This document shows, in pieces, positions 1 to 14,639 of a stretch of DNA of 64,000 nt (its first letter is position 1; every line of letters begins with the position of its first letter). The stretch lies in contig NC_089435.1 in assembly GCF_026210795.1 (NCBI RefSeq), positions 2,914,001-2,978,000 on the forward strand. Direction: 5' to 3'. Source of the DNA: Rhizophagus irregularis (Eukaryota). Both the position numbers and the translations under genes were made by a program. The notes beneath the pieces are model-generated. The model was not told the DNA's origin. It worked only from the letters and a program-made list of their open reading frames with translations, and made no database searches.

Positions 1-2894
1 GCAGCAGAAAATGGTCATATTAAAGCAATGTTTGGTTTAGCCACATTTTATGAAAATGGAGAAGGAACAGAAAAAAATTTAGAAAAAGCCATTCATTGGT
101 GTCAAAAAGCAGCAGAAAATGGTCATATTAAAGCAATGTTTGGTTTAGCCACATTTTATGAAAATGGAGAAGGAACAGAAAAAAATTTAGAAAAAGCCAT
201 TCATTGGTACCAAAAAGCAGCAGAAAATGATGTTAAAGAAGCAATGTTTAATTTAGCCATACATTATGAAAATGGAACAGGAATAGAAAAGAATTTAGAA
301 AAAACCTTTTATTGGTATCAAAAAGCAGCAGAAAATGGTGATATTAAAGCAATGTTTAATTTAGCTATTAGATATTATAATGGAGAAGGAACAGAAAAGA
401 ATTTAGAAAAAGCTTTCCATTGGCATCAAAAAGCAGCAGAAAATGGTGATAAAGAAGCAATGAATAATTTAGCTACTGGATATTGTTATGGAGAAGGAAC
501 AGAAAAGAATTTAGAAAAAGCCATTCATTGGTATCAAAAAGCAGCAGAAAATGGTGTTAAAGAAGCAATGTTTAATTTAGCCATAAGTTATAAAAATGGA
601 GAAGAAACAGAAATGAATTTAGAAAAAGCCTTTTATTGGTATCAAAAAGCAGCAGAAAATGGTCATATTAAAGCAATGTTTGGTTTAGCCACATTTTATG
701 AAAATGGAGAAGGAACAGAAAAAAATTTAGAAAAAGCTATTCATTGGTACCAAAAAGCAGCAGAAAATGGTATTAAAGAAGCAATGTTTAATTTAGCCAT
801 ACATTATGAAAAAGAAAAAGGAATAGAGAGTAATTTAGAAAAAGCATTTTATTGGTATCAAAAAGCAGCAGAAAATGGTGTTAAAGAAGCAATGTTCAGT
901 TTAATCACATGTTATAAAGATGAAGAAGGAACAGAAATGAATTTAGAAAAAGCCTTTTATTGGTGTCAAAAAGCAGCAGAAAATGGTCATATTAAAGCTA
1001 TGTATAATTTGGTCATATATTATGAAAATGGAGAAGGAACAGAAAAGAATTTAGAAAAAGCCTTTTATTGGTGTCAAAAAGCAGCAGAAAATGGTATTAA
1101 AGAAGCAATGTTTAATTTAGCCACATTTTATGAAAATGGAGAAGGAACAGAAAAAAATTTAGAAAAAGCCATTCATTGGTACCAAAAAGCAGCAGAAAAT
1201 GATGTTAAAGAAGCAATGTTTAATTTAGCCATAATTTATGAAAATGGAGAAGGAACAGAAAAGAATTTAGAAAAAGCTTTTCATTGGTGCCAAAAATCAG
1301 CAGAAAATGGGGTTAAAGAAGCAATGTTCAGTTTAGCCGAATGTTATGAAAATGGGGAAGGAACAGAAAAAAATTTAGAAAAAGCCTTCCATTGGTACCA
1401 TAAAGCAGCAGAAAATGGTCATATTAAAGCAATGACTAATTTAGCCATATGTTATGAAAAAGAAAAAGGAACAGAAAGCAATTTGGAAAAAGTATTTTAT
1501 TGTCATCAAAAAGTGTCAGAAAGTAACAAAGTGAATCCTAAAAATGAATCTGAATTATGTAATGAATGCAAACAGCCATATACTGTTTACTGGTGGTGTC
1601 AAAAATGTAATTCTAAACGATTTCAACAAGATTTTTCAAATTGGACTAGTAAAAATGAATTTATTGATAAATTTATTCAAAGAGCACAACTAAATGCTAA
1701 AAATAGTTATGAAATTTTAGAATGGATACCTTATAATAAATTGACAAATATTAATTATTATGATAAAGGAGGATTCAGTGATATTCATAAAGCTATCTGG
1801 TCAGATGGACCTATTTATGGTTGGAATTTTGATAAAGAACAATGGAATAGACAAACAGATTATGAAGTCATTCTTAAAACACTTAATAATTCATCAAGTT
1901 TAAATAGCAAATTTCTGGATGAGGTATGTAAATTACTTATATTTAATAGTATATTTTATTTTCTTTTGTAAAAATTTAATTATTTTTATCATCTATATAG
2001 TGGAAATATCATTATAATTGCCAGAAAAAATCATTTTCAAAATTTATTCAATTCTTTGGAATTACCCAAGATCCAAAAAATTTGAATTATATAATAATAA
2101 TGAGTTATGCAAAAAAAGGAAATTTGAGAAAATGTTTATCTGATATAATTAAATTTAGGTGGCAAGAAAAGTTACAATTATTGGAAAAAATTGTATTAGG
2201 ACTAAAAGTAATCCATGAATCAAATTTAATTCATGGTGATTTTCATGATGGTAATATTTTAATGTCGGATGACTATGAATTATTTATTATTGATTTAGGA
2301 TTATGTAAACCTATAAGTGATTTACAAGATTCTGACAATAAATTTAATGAAGTCTATGGAGTTTTGCCTTATATGGCGCCTGAAATATTAAGAAAAAAAC
2401 CCTATACTTCAGCAAGTGATATTTATAGCTTTTCAATGATAATGTGGGAATTTACATCAGGTATTCCTCCATTTTATCGTAAAGCACATGATCATCACCT
2501 TACCTTGAGTATTTGTGAAGGAGAACGTCCTGAAATTATAAAAAATACTCCAAGATGCTATATTAATTTAATGAAAAAATGTTGGAATTCAGATCCTTTC
2601 AAAAGACCAACCACAATAATGCTTGAACATATTATATCTAAATGGATTAGAAGTATTAATAAATTTTATGAGGTAAACAGGGATGAAAATTATGAATTTA
2701 GAGTATCTAATATTGATAAACAATTAAGAAATGACATGTTGGAATTTGTAGAAGCAAACAAAGCTTTAGTACAAGGACAAGAATGTACTTCTATTACACA
2801 ACATCATTCACAAGCATATTATACAAGTCGCAGGCTTACTGAAATTTTAGTTCAAGAAGATTCTGAATGTTTAGAATGTATAATTAAAAATTAA
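1..2894 (+). CDS. Sel1-repeat protein kinase (TKL-like), 5'-truncated by window edge; exons <1-1923, 2001-2894
   Basis: 14 tandem 36-aa Sel1 repeats, then CxxC..CxxC, kinase N-lobe (KGGFS, VILK), a GT-AG intron 1924-2000 joining in frame to HGDFHDGN, IDLG and YMAPE motifs; stop at 2892-2894. Confidence 0.92.
13..1520 (+). repeat. Intragenic 108-bp tandem repeat array encoding Sel1 units
   Basis: GCAGCAGAAAATGG recurs at 1, 109, 325, 433, 541, 649 etc., in multiples of 108 bp. Confidence 0.95.
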
Positions 2895-4428
2895 TAATTA
2901 TATTATCCATTCCTCATCATTGATGGTTTATTTATCAGTTATTGTATAGGAAACATTTTTATTATATACTTTTATTACAATTTTTATATAAATAAAGTAA
3001 AAAGAATTAAACACACTATTAAATATAAGTATGAAATTATTGAAACAATGTTTATTTATTTTTATTTTCATTTGCAATTTGTTTAGAAAATTTAAGTTTA
3101 ATATCCAAATAGTATTATTGCTTTCAGTTTAATTATTATTTCTCATAAATTGTATTGCAACTGAGCATCATAAAATTAGTTGATAGTCTTTCTGAAACAA
3201 CTTAGATTACTACTTCTATGATCCTTTTCTATTTGAGATTATTATGAATAATGATTATCGTGTGTTCGTGTGACAAACTTTATTATTTGATTTTATTATT
3301 TAATTTATTGACTAAACAAAAATCTATAGAGTATTTAATAGACTAAATTAATTTATAATATTTTGAAATTCAATATCCATTTTCCTAGATATTTTTTATT
3401 TAAATAAACAACATACGAATAACGGATATTAAATCCACTATACGTAGTAAGCTTCGTACGTATATTCTTTACAGTAAAATAATAATAAGTTTATAAAACT
3501 CTTATTTAAATGATTTAGTGAACACAAACATAAGTTTAAAAATATGGATTAAATAAGTGCTAGGCCTAAAAAAGATGTGTACTGTATCATTTATTTTTAT
3601 GGCTTTATTGAATTTTTTTAGTTCAATGGTCAAGTTATAAAACCAATGATCAATGTAACCAATTAGTAATATCTTATGTAAACTTATTAATAATTTCACT
3701 TTACTAATAAATTAGTAATAAAAAGAAATTTGAAATTTCATAAATCGTCATTTTCATCAGATCAACATTTCCGAAAAAGATAATAAAAATATCTCTATAA
3801 ATGAAAGATAATGAACATGAAAACAATTGATTGGATCGAATCACTTATTATAACTTATTAGAACTTTCTTCTTATATTCGTTTTATACTTTTTGCTCAGA
3901 TTTCTTTTTTCAATTTTTGTCGATTCAACTTTATCATTTGATACTTTTATTATTGTTTCATCTTTTTGATCTTTCTTTTTGTTTTGACTTGTTTCATTTT
4001 TTTATTCTTGTTTAATTTAATAATCTTTTCATAAGTGTTTTTATTCGGTTTTTCCATTAGTTTATTTTTAGAATAATTTTCAATCAAAAATATTTCAAGC
4101 TTTTAAAACATTTTTGTAAAAAATTTCAAAATTATTTTTGTTTAAACATAATCAAGTAAAAAAAAAAAAGCTGGTAATAAAGTTATTCAGTTTAATCTGA
4201 AATTACATTACTTACTGTAATATTAAGTCTTTTACGTCAAAATAAAAGTTAGTTTAATGATAGTAAAATTAATTTATCATAAATGAACAATCAATAACTA
4301 ACCAATTAATAATTTATTTTTATTAAACTAAAATACTAAATACGAAAACATAAATAATAACTGCTAGTATAAAAGAATAACTTAATAATATAATTAAACT
4401 AAATTCTTTGATTCTTATAAAAAAAAAA

Positions 4429-6255
4429 TCATTCAGTATTATTTTCTTAATCTTGATTAACTTCATTGAAATCTACAAAATAAGTAAATTAATAAATATT
4501 AGCAAAATAAAGAACTAAAGAATAAATATCTTACCAGATTCGTCTAATTGACAGTCAAAACATTCTGAATCTATAAATTAATTAACATAATATTATTAAA
4601 AACAATATAAAAATCTATTAATTATATTTCCAATAGAAATAATTACTTACATAATGTTGTTTTAGTAGCAACTATTAAAAATAAAGTTATTAGTAATGTA
4701 AACCTTTTTTTTTGGTTATCAAAGTATAAGTTAAATTAAATTACCTGCTGAATTTACTGGTTCTGGAAGATTTTTGAAATTTAATAGTCTACTAGTATAG
4801 ATTGCTTGTGGATCTGTTTGAATGTTTTTAGTTCTCTTTTCACTTGTTTTATTTAATTCGATTTTATCATTATATTCACTTATTTGATGTTTAACATTAT
4901 CATTAAATTTATAATCATCCCATTTATTTAATGTTTGATACAATTATTTAGCAGTTGGTTTATTTTCTGCTTTAGTATCCCAACATTTAGTAATCAAATC
5001 TGCAAGTAATTTTGGTGTATATTTAAAAATATTTGGTCTAAGTCCTTTACATATTTTAATAGCTAAAGCATGATTATGAGGAATATTATTATAAGGAGTT
5101 TCTTCAGATATATATTCATTCGTAATTATTCCAAATGAATAAATATCAGATGCTTTTGTATATTGGTATCCACGTAAAACTTCTGGTGCCATATAAGGTA
5201 ACACTCCATAAATACCTTCTTGTTTAACTGAATGCTTTTCATTATTTGCTGATTGACACATTCCTAAATCACTTATATATGGATCGGTATGAACATCATA
5301 TAATATATTACCTGGATGAAAATCTTTATGAACTTTTCCAGCATTATGAAGATCTAGAAGTCCACTTACAATTCGTATTAATTCATCAATTTTTGAATAA
5401 TAATCTGATTCATTATTGAGATAGTAATTTCTCAAATTTCCATTTTCACAATATTCTAAAACCATCATATAATCTTTGGTATTTGGATCTTGAGTTATTC
5501 CATAACATTGAATAACATCAAGAAGATAAATCTGAAGATGAGTTTTAATCTAATAAAAACATTGTAAGGAATTAATAAAAATAATATTAAGTAAATAAGT
5601 TAACATTTCTTATTTTAATTACCTCATTTAAAAATTCTGTACTTATACAAGAAGAATTATCCAAACTTTTTAATGCAACTTTTTTATCAACATACTTTTT
5701 CCATTCTTGATTTTCAATATCCCAATAATAAATATATCCTTCAGGCCATTTAGCTGAATAAATTTTACCAAATCCACCTTTGATAATATAAGTAATATCT
5801 TTAAAATTTTCAAAAGGTATCCATTCAAGATATTTTTTATAATACTCAGCATTAAGTTGTGATTGTTGTATAAATTCATCAATATCTTTATTTTCACTAG
5901 TCCAATTTTTAAATCTATCCTTAAATCTTTTAGCATTACAAGATTGACACCAATCTTCTCCTGTGCCAGGTTCATTACATTCTCCGCATATTCCATATGC
6001 TTTTTTTCTTTTTTCTAAATCTTCCATATAAACTATTTTATCATCTACTGATTCAATAGCTGAACCAATAGTAGAAATTGTAGCATGTAACTTTTAATGA
6101 TAAATGATTAAAAAACATTATTATTCAAATTAAAAATTCAATACTATTATATATTTATATGACAAAATGAATTGTTTTACCTGATATTTAACAGGACTAA
6201 AATATTTCCATAAATTTCTTTTAGTTTCTTTAGGATTTATTGTTGATATTTCCAT
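4429..6255 (-). pseudogene. TKL-like kinase with N-terminal CxxC zinc motif; premature stop at 4944-4946
   Basis: ATG 6255; exons 6255-6181, 6090-5623, 5549-~4744 and short 3' exons to TGA at 4429-4431. Motifs KGGFG, VALK, HKDFHPGN, SDLG, YMAPE. Reads TAK*LYQ where the paralog at ~14101 reads TAKELYQ. Confidence 0.8.
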
Positions 6256-8584
6256 ACTAAATTAATTTGCATTGTATATATGTAAATTACAATTTATTTG
6301 GTAAATTTAAAAATAACGTTAACCATATAATAAATGAAACGCAAAAAAAAAAATTTAAATTACAGAGTTCGGAAAATTTTATTCAACAAGTCAACCCTTG
6401 TGCATGTGTAACATTCAAAAATTTGATACAAAAATTCTAAAAAGAAAATACCTTGTTACGATATTGATCAGCACAAAAGAAAAAAGGAAATTTTCAATAA
6501 ACAATCGATTGAGTGAAACCAAATAAAAATAATTTCAGTCAATAACTAGCTATAACTTGTTGCGTTGCAACAGGATTAATGTAATTTAAATTAATATAAC
6601 AATCAATATTTAGGTAAATTAAATATATTAGTATTAATTATAAGAATAAAAAAAAACTTGTGAAGTAAATAAAAAAAAAATGAATAATAATAAATAAAAA
6701 AATTCAACTTTAAAAATAAAATATTTTTTAAAAAAATTGAAACTATTTAAAAAAACAACTGTAAAATAAAAACAAATTTTTTTTTGTTTGAAAAAAAACG
6801 AAAAAAAAATTTATTCGGTCTATAAGAACCGAAAAAAAATATTAATTTGCAAGTTTATAAGAACTGAAAAAAAAATATAAAAAAAAGGAAAAAAAAGCCC
6901 CATTATACTTTAACTGGATAGTTGATGATGTGATCTGCTGCGGCCAATTGCATCGTCCTGGGAGAAAATAATTCATTAACCGGAAGTCCGGAACCACAAG
7001 GATTTGTGCAAATGACCATTTTAACTATAATAAATATTGGATAAATTGGGCGCAGAAGCATCACGCATCTCACGTTGCACAATTCAAATTATTCATATTG
7101 GGGTCAATTTTTTTTTTTCAATCAACCAAGATGGATTTCTCGATCTGATTCTTACTCTCCAATAACGTTAATTAAAAAACGTTATTTAAAAAATCTTTTT
7201 TTTACGATAATGTTGTAAAAGAAATTTTACATGTGGTAAATAATAATAATAATTTATAATAAAATAAAAATATCGATATTTATTAAATTCATATATATTA
7301 ATTTATTAATTACATTTATAATATTAACAATAGAGCTTAAAGAATTCAATGCAAACTTTGACTTATACAATAATAATATTATTCGATATTAATAGGGCAA
7401 TTTTACATACTTTAATGATATTAATTTTATTAATAATTCCACCTAATTATAATTTATTATTCATAAATAATAAAAACGTAGTAAAGTTAAATCTTAAATT
7501 TTATTGATGATGTAAAAGTTTGAGGAAATGTTTAATAATAGATTGTAATATTTCTCTTCGTATATATTCAAATTAATATTGAAAACATCTATAAACCAAT
7601 TTTCAATAAATAATAATTCCACTAAATAATCTAGATGACATTATTTGAAATAGTACTAGAAAATATTTTGGTAACATATGAAGAGAAATTGTTTACACAA
7701 AAATCTTCAAGATATTACAATATTTGAGATCGATTAAATGTTGATTTATTATATTAATTAGAGAGGATTTTGAAAATATTTATTGGCAAAACTAAAGGTT
7801 TAGGAATTAGTTTAAGGATTATTTAATAATGGCTTTAATAAAATAAAGAGTAATCAAGAATCGAAAAATATCATGATTATTAAACATGTTTCGATTGTTT
7901 CGTAAATATTCAGAACAAAATTTGGATTAACAGATATAACAAAATCATAGAATAGAAAGAGCGCACAATATTATGAATAAATGATATCGGAAGGGAAATG
8001 GTGATGAAGAAAAGTGATTTTAACAAGTAAAAGTTTGATAATAGAAAATAATAATAATAAAAAAAAATAAATAACGAAAAAAACAAAAAGAGATTGCATG
8101 AAATAGAAAACCAAGTAACGCTAACAAAGATGATCGAGATGCGTTACTAAAAATAAACTAGCTTTTATTAAATTATGATTGGTTCTAATTATTTATTATA
8201 ATGATGCTATTACAATGTTAATTTCGCGAAAGTATAGTATATGAAATGTTTATAAATATAAATATATGATAGTATATAAATTTTAATTACAATATTCATG
8301 GATCAATCAGTGAATTAAAAACATAATATTCAATTTATATTATATCACGTCTTGGGCAGAGAATAAACAAGATTATCATGTCATTAATGAAAAAACTGCG
8401 CCATAAAATTATTTATGAGAAGTAAATTTTTTTGTAATAATATGATAATAATAAAACTTGTCTTTATTAATAAAGTAAATAACAAATATAAAAGTAAAAA
8501 AAATTTACAGAACAATAAAAGATAATATCAAAATATTACAGGTAAAATATGACAAGTTATAGTAAATTTAAAATAATTAAACTA

Positions 8585-9001
8585 TTAAAACAATTTTCCC
8601 AAATCAAATGAAATTTCTCCAAAAGGAAGACTAACACCTATTTCTTTACCAAGTTTAAAACCAATACCTGCAACCTTAGCCTCTACGCCATTGGAGCCAA
8701 TTGATCCACCTGTGTCAGCACTGACACCAAATTTTGATTTAAAGCCTCCCGCTTCATAATCTACCAAATCATAACGTGCTTCAACTTTAGCTTTGAGGCC
8801 ATCAATAGTATTTGCTGCAGCTTTTGCTCCAAGTCCTGCATTTAAAAGTTTAAGATCTCCAGCATCACCACAGTATCTGTATAGTGAACTATTATACTTT
8901 GCTTCTGCGGATGCACCAAATGAATCACTCTTTACTCCAGTTGAGACTTCGGTGCAAAATAGATGATTGTTACCATCCTGAAATGCAGAACCTTTAACCA
9001 T
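8585..9001 (-). CDS. Intronless 138-aa Gly/Ala-rich predicted beta-strand protein of unknown function
   Basis: Clean ATG-to-TAA ORF, GC-richer than its flanks, with alternating small/hydrophobic residues (GASAEAKY, GVSADTGGSIGSNGVEAKVAGIGFKLG) and no obvious signal peptide. Confidence 0.8.
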   Translation of the reverse strand: MVKGSAFQDGNNHLFCTEVSTGVKSDSFGASAEAKYNSSLYRYCGDAGDLKLLNAGLGAKAAANTIDGLKAKVEARYDLVDYEAGGFKSKFGVSADTGGSIGSNGVEAKVAGIGFKLGKEIGVSLPFGEISFDLGKLF

Positions 9002-12000
9002 CGCGATAATGAAGCTTGGATTATTTTAGTTTTTTTTTTAAGAGTGAAATATTTTTTTGAAACTTTGTCTGAAAGGGATTCGAATTTGATATGCCTTTAT
9101 ATTAAAAAAATATCTCATATCGACCATTTAGATTGAACCATTTACAACCCGATTTAGTATAATAAAACGCGTTATAATAAATTTTCAAAAATCATTTAAG
9201 ACCCAATTTAACATATCAGCTGAACAAAGTCAACAAACCGTTTAATGATACATTTTTCATCTTCTGATCCAATTTTTGATTATTCATCTGAATAATATGA
9301 AAAAAAAAAATATATTGTTTAACATAAAATGGGGTTTTCTTAAAAAATTTATACAAATTAAACCTTCTATGAAAAAATCTAAAACCTTTCTTATATTATA
9401 TACGTAACTATTCTATCAAAACTTTTCATTTATGAAATACTAACATTTAAGACCATTAATTGCATAAAATAATTATATCTGAATAACCTGTTCATTCAGT
9501 TCAATCATAAACAATACTTCTATTAATCTAATCTTTCATAGTGTGACGGTATATCTATTTGGTGGATTTATTAAATTTGTTTATTTGTAATTATGCAATA
9601 GACTATATAAATTCTCTAATTTATCAATCAATTCATTATTACTATAAAAGCTTTAACGTTTTTGTCCGTTAATGAATTTTGAACGATAAATCAAGCTTAG
9701 TATTCATCAAAAAAAAAAAAATAATAATTCTTGTTTAGGTTTCAAAAATACAACGTTAAAATTGAACAATAAGATTGCTTCGTAAATTGTATTTGACAGT
9801 CTGAAATGATAATTGTCCGGAGCTGAGGCGGATGAATTATACATCTTAGAAGTAAAGTCATCTGTTTTATTCATTTCTTAAATTTCTTAAATTGATTTCC
9901 AAAAATGACACAAAATATGTATTTCAAATAAGAATCAAAATTTAAAAATTTTTGTAATTTTACGTGAAAATGATTTTTAGTCCAGGTTGACCTAGATTCC
10001 AAAATAGGATAACAATCTTTTAGCTTGCAGTAATTGATCTAAATTTAACCAAATATGAAAATTAATGATCAAAAGATAGATCGTAATCATGGCGTGTGAA
10101 TTCGTGATCTACAATTTTAATGGCCTATAATGATATCACCAAATTTATCTAATTTATCGCTATATATATACACGTTAGGTAATCTACAAAATCCAATCAG
10201 AAAGCTCAAATTGATGGTACCGACTTTTTTGTTTTTGTGTTACATTGCAGTGCGACTCTAATAAAGAATTTAAATTACGTAGTTTATTATAATATACTGT
10301 ACGTTCAGATATGTATATATATATATTTTTCTTTAAAAAAAGAGACTTTTTTTGAATAAAAGTGTTTTACTGCTTTATTATAAAAAATATGTTAAAAAGT
10401 ATAAGAATTTTTATGTGTAAATTAAATGTTTATACATCGATAAAAATGGTAATAACTCGATGTGGCTTTGTAAGGGTCACAATAACTATTTTTTCTTATT
10501 TATTTTTTAGAAACAAGAGATTGAGAGAGGATTTATTTGATTTGGAATCAAAAAAAAAAAATGACACAAAAAAAAAGTGATGAGTTTATTATTTGTTGTC
10601 AAATATTTTTTTTTCAATTTAATATTTCAATATTTAGTCATTTTAATTAAAGCAACGTCTCAGCATCGTACTGCAATTACTGTTTGTATATGATTTTTTC
10701 ATTTATGTCCCGATTTGGAATAACAATAAGCAAAATGGATTGTTTAATGAAATATGTTTTGTCACCTGATTCAATTATATGTGGCTGACTTGTCTGACTA
10801 ATGTGAGAAAAAAATATCGTTAAAAACGTATTTATACTTTTTTTCATATATACATTATTAGAAATTTTCGTTTGTGAATGATGGACTATATACAACTTAA
10901 TTTGGAAATATGACGAGGCTTTATTTGGATTGGACTTACATAAAATCTTTATGAGAATAAATCAGTACTGTACAATTTGTTTACTTTTCACGTTCAATCA
11001 CAATTTTAATTTTAATAAAAATTATACTTCTATCAATCAAATCTTTCAGATTTACAGACCAATCTAAACCATTTATTTCGTCAAGTTAATCTGATAAAGA
11101 AAATAAACTTAGTATTCGTATAAGAAAGAAATTCTTGGCTTAGATTTCAAAAATATACTATTTACTTTGGTTTTTCAGTTAGTTGCTATTTATAGAATCA
11201 ATCGATAAAGTTATTTTCCCAGAAATCTTGTGCTTTTTATTTTAGAAATATTGTTTGTAACACATTAATATCGTTAATTTTGGTAATTACCCCAGCCATG
11301 GGAAAATTCAAATCTATGAAGTTCGCAAATTCATGTGCTGTTATATCAAAATAATTACCACAGCTGGGAAAATGAAAAAGTTTTTTTTTTTTATTATTTT
11401 AATTAGTTTAATTAAAAAAAAAAATGAATTTTTTTTACGTAGTCTGATAATAATATGCGAATTGCTGATCAAGTTGCGAACAAATACAATTTCGAAAGGA
11501 AATAATTTTTAAAATTTTTAATACAAAATTCAAATTTTTTTTATTTTTAAAAAAAGTATTGTAACAATCAATTTTATAAATATGTAAACTAAAAGATGCA
11601 TAATAAATTTAGAGAATACTATATTATAATATTAATATGTCCTTATTATTGGTCCTTATTATTAGGAATTTTTTTAGTTAACGCCAAGGTTAAAAAACTG
11701 CAACCAAAGGCCACAAAATTTGAATAATAAAAATTCAACTTTTTTAATAAATATAGTACGTACCGCTTGTTTAATCGCGTTTAATGATATACAAAATTTA
11801 AAAATATCTCACATACTTCAACGGATTAACGATAGTTTTTGATGATTTAAACTTATGAAAATAGATTTTTAATTTATATATCAAACTATATTTAGTTTAA
11901 TTGATTAAAGTCAAATGCAAAAAAAAAGAATTTTTTTTTTTACAAATTTATTCAATACATTTTCATTTTTATTTTTACTAATTACAAATATGTATTCTAA

Positions 12001-12781
12001 CTAATGATCCAAATTTTTTTTTTTTTTCCGAATAGAACTGTAGTATAATGATGATGATTTATTTGATTTCAACTCTAATAAAATTTCATAAAGATTTATT
12101 TGTTGTTCCCATAATTGTTTAAAATTTTTGTAAACTGTGAAAATTAGAGTTTATGATAATTTTTGTTTACATCCATATTCATCGGTATCACATGACAATT
12201 CCGCTATGGATCGACAAAATGGAAAAGTCATATGATAACGAAATTTATAAAAGATAATTCATTTAAGTAAAAAAATTTTTTACATGATAATAATTAATAA
12301 CTAAATAATTCAATTTAATTTTATGGTTTTATATTCAAAGAAAAGTCCAGCCATCCTTTTCAATGCCTACTAGGATGATTTCATTTAAGTAAAAGTAGTT
12401 TATTTATTACAGGGAGAAATTATTAACTTTAATAATATTATTAATATATAAATTTTAGCAAACAATTTTAGTTAATTTATTATTATCAAAGCATAATATT
12501 GACTAGAATGATTAAATAATGAACTTAACCCATTTGCGAAAATTTTTTATTCTATGATTGCTTTCTTTTATGCCGATCAATTGTAACCCAGGTTTATACT
12601 ATACTATTTATAGAAATTTTTAATGAATGTTACACATGTTGCACAAGAGTTTGTTTGGTATTATTATAAATTTACCCGAACTCCGTTACTTTTTTTTTTA
12701 CGCTTCATTTATTAGATAACGTTATTTGTTATCTTTGAATTTAATAGATAGATTGCAATCTATATATACAACCTAAATCGT

Positions 12782-14639
12782 ATGGAAATATCCAAAATGA
12801 ATTCTAAAGAAAATCTTAAAAGTTTATGGAGTTACAATAGTGTATATCAGGTAAAAACAGTTCACTTTATCATTATTATTAATAACATTATTTTTTAAAT
12901 AATAATAGTTTTTTTTTTAATTATTTATTATAAAAGTACCATGTCATTACAAATTCTACTATAGATTCAACTACTGAATTAATAGTAGAGGCAGCTGAAA
13001 AAGTAGTTTATATGAATGACTTAGAAAAAAGAAAACAAGCATATGGGATATGTGGAGAATGTAATGAACCTGGCACAGGAGAAAAATGGTGTCAACCTTG
13101 TAATTCTAAAAGATTTAAGGATAACTTTAAAAATTGGACTAGTGGAAATAAAGATATTGATGAATTTATACAACAATCACAACTTAATGCTGTTCATCAT
13201 ATGAAATATCTTGAATGGATACCTTTTGAAAATTTTAAAGATATTACTTATATTACCAAAGGTGGATTTGGTAAAATTTATTCAGCTAAATGGCCTGAAG
13301 GATGTATTTATTTTTGGAATATTGAAAATCAAGAATGGAAAAAGTATGTTGATAAAAAAGTTGCATTAAAAAGTTTGGATAATTCTTCTTGTTTAAGTAC
13401 AGAATTCTTAAATGAGGTAATTAAAATTAGTCGGTAATGTAATCTATTTACTTGATTTTATTTATGTATTATTTATATTTATTAAAAATTTTTCACTTTT
13501 ATTAGATTAAATCTCATCTTCAGATTTATCTTTTAGATGTTATTCAATGTTATGGAATAACTCAAGATCCAAATACCAAAGATTATATGATGGTTTTAAA
13601 TTATTGTGAAGATGGAAATTTGAGAAATTATTATATGAATAATGAATCAAGTTATAATTCAAAAATTGGAAGATTATTCCGAATTGCAAGTGGGCTTCTG
13701 GATATTCATAATGCTGGAAAAATTCATAAAGATTTTCATTCAGGTAATATATTATATCATAGTGATACTTATTCATATATAAGTGATTTAGGAATGTGCC
13801 AACCAGCAAATAATGAAAAGCAATCAGTTAAACAGGAAGGAATTTATGGAGTATTACCTTATATGGCACCAGAAGTTTTACGTGGATATCAATATACAAA
13901 AGCATCTGATATTTATTCATTTGGAATAATGATGAATGAATATATATCTGAAGAAACTCCTTATAATGATATTCCTCATAATCATGCTTTAGCTATTAAA
14001 ATATGTAAAGGACTTAGACCAAATATTTTTAAATTTACACCAAAATTACATGCAGATTTGATTACTAAATGTTGGGATGCTAAAGCAGAAAATAGACCAA
14101 CTGCTAAAGAATTGTATCAAGAACTTATGAAATTGCATTTTAATGGTGATAATGATACTCAATCTCAAGTAAATGAATATGATAATAAGATTAAATTAAA
14201 CAGAACAAGTGAAAAAAGATCTAAAAACATTCAAACACATCCACAAGCTATCTATACTAGTAGACTTTTAAATTTCAAAAATCTTCCAGAACCAGTAAAT
14301 TCAGGTAATTTAATTTAATTACTTTTTAATAAAGTTATATTTAATATGTTACTAATTATTATATATTTTCTATAAATAGGTGCTATTCAATCAACATTAT
14401 GTAAGTAAATTATATTTATGGGTAATTTATATAATTAATAAAATAATATTTTATTAATAATAATTTAATTGATTTATAGTTTCAGAAGGTTTTGATTGCC
14501 AATTAGATGAATCAGGTAAGAATATTTATTCTTTAGTGTTTATTTTATTGTTACTTTATTTATATATATTTACTATTTGTTTATTTATTTTATAGATCTT
14601 AATGAAATGAATCAAGATGATGAAAATAATATTGAATGA
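12782..14639 (+). CDS. TKL-like kinase with N-terminal CxxC motif; exons 12782-12850, 12937-13416, 13506-14304, 14380-14400, 14480-14515, 14596-14639
   Basis: All introns GT-AG; motifs CGEC..WCQPC, KGGFG, VALK, HKDFHSGN, SDLG, YMAPE; structure mirrors the inverted paralog at 4429-6255. Confidence 0.88.

Noticed and set aside
13..1520. Regular repeats as a CRISPR array or diversity-generating retroelement
   Set aside because: Units are in-frame Sel1 coding repeats with no unique spacers; no cas gene or reverse transcriptase in the window.
6924..7068. Imperfect inverted repeat upstream of the left kinase
   Set aside because: Arms too degenerate and no TSD; may be an old MITE but cannot be supported.
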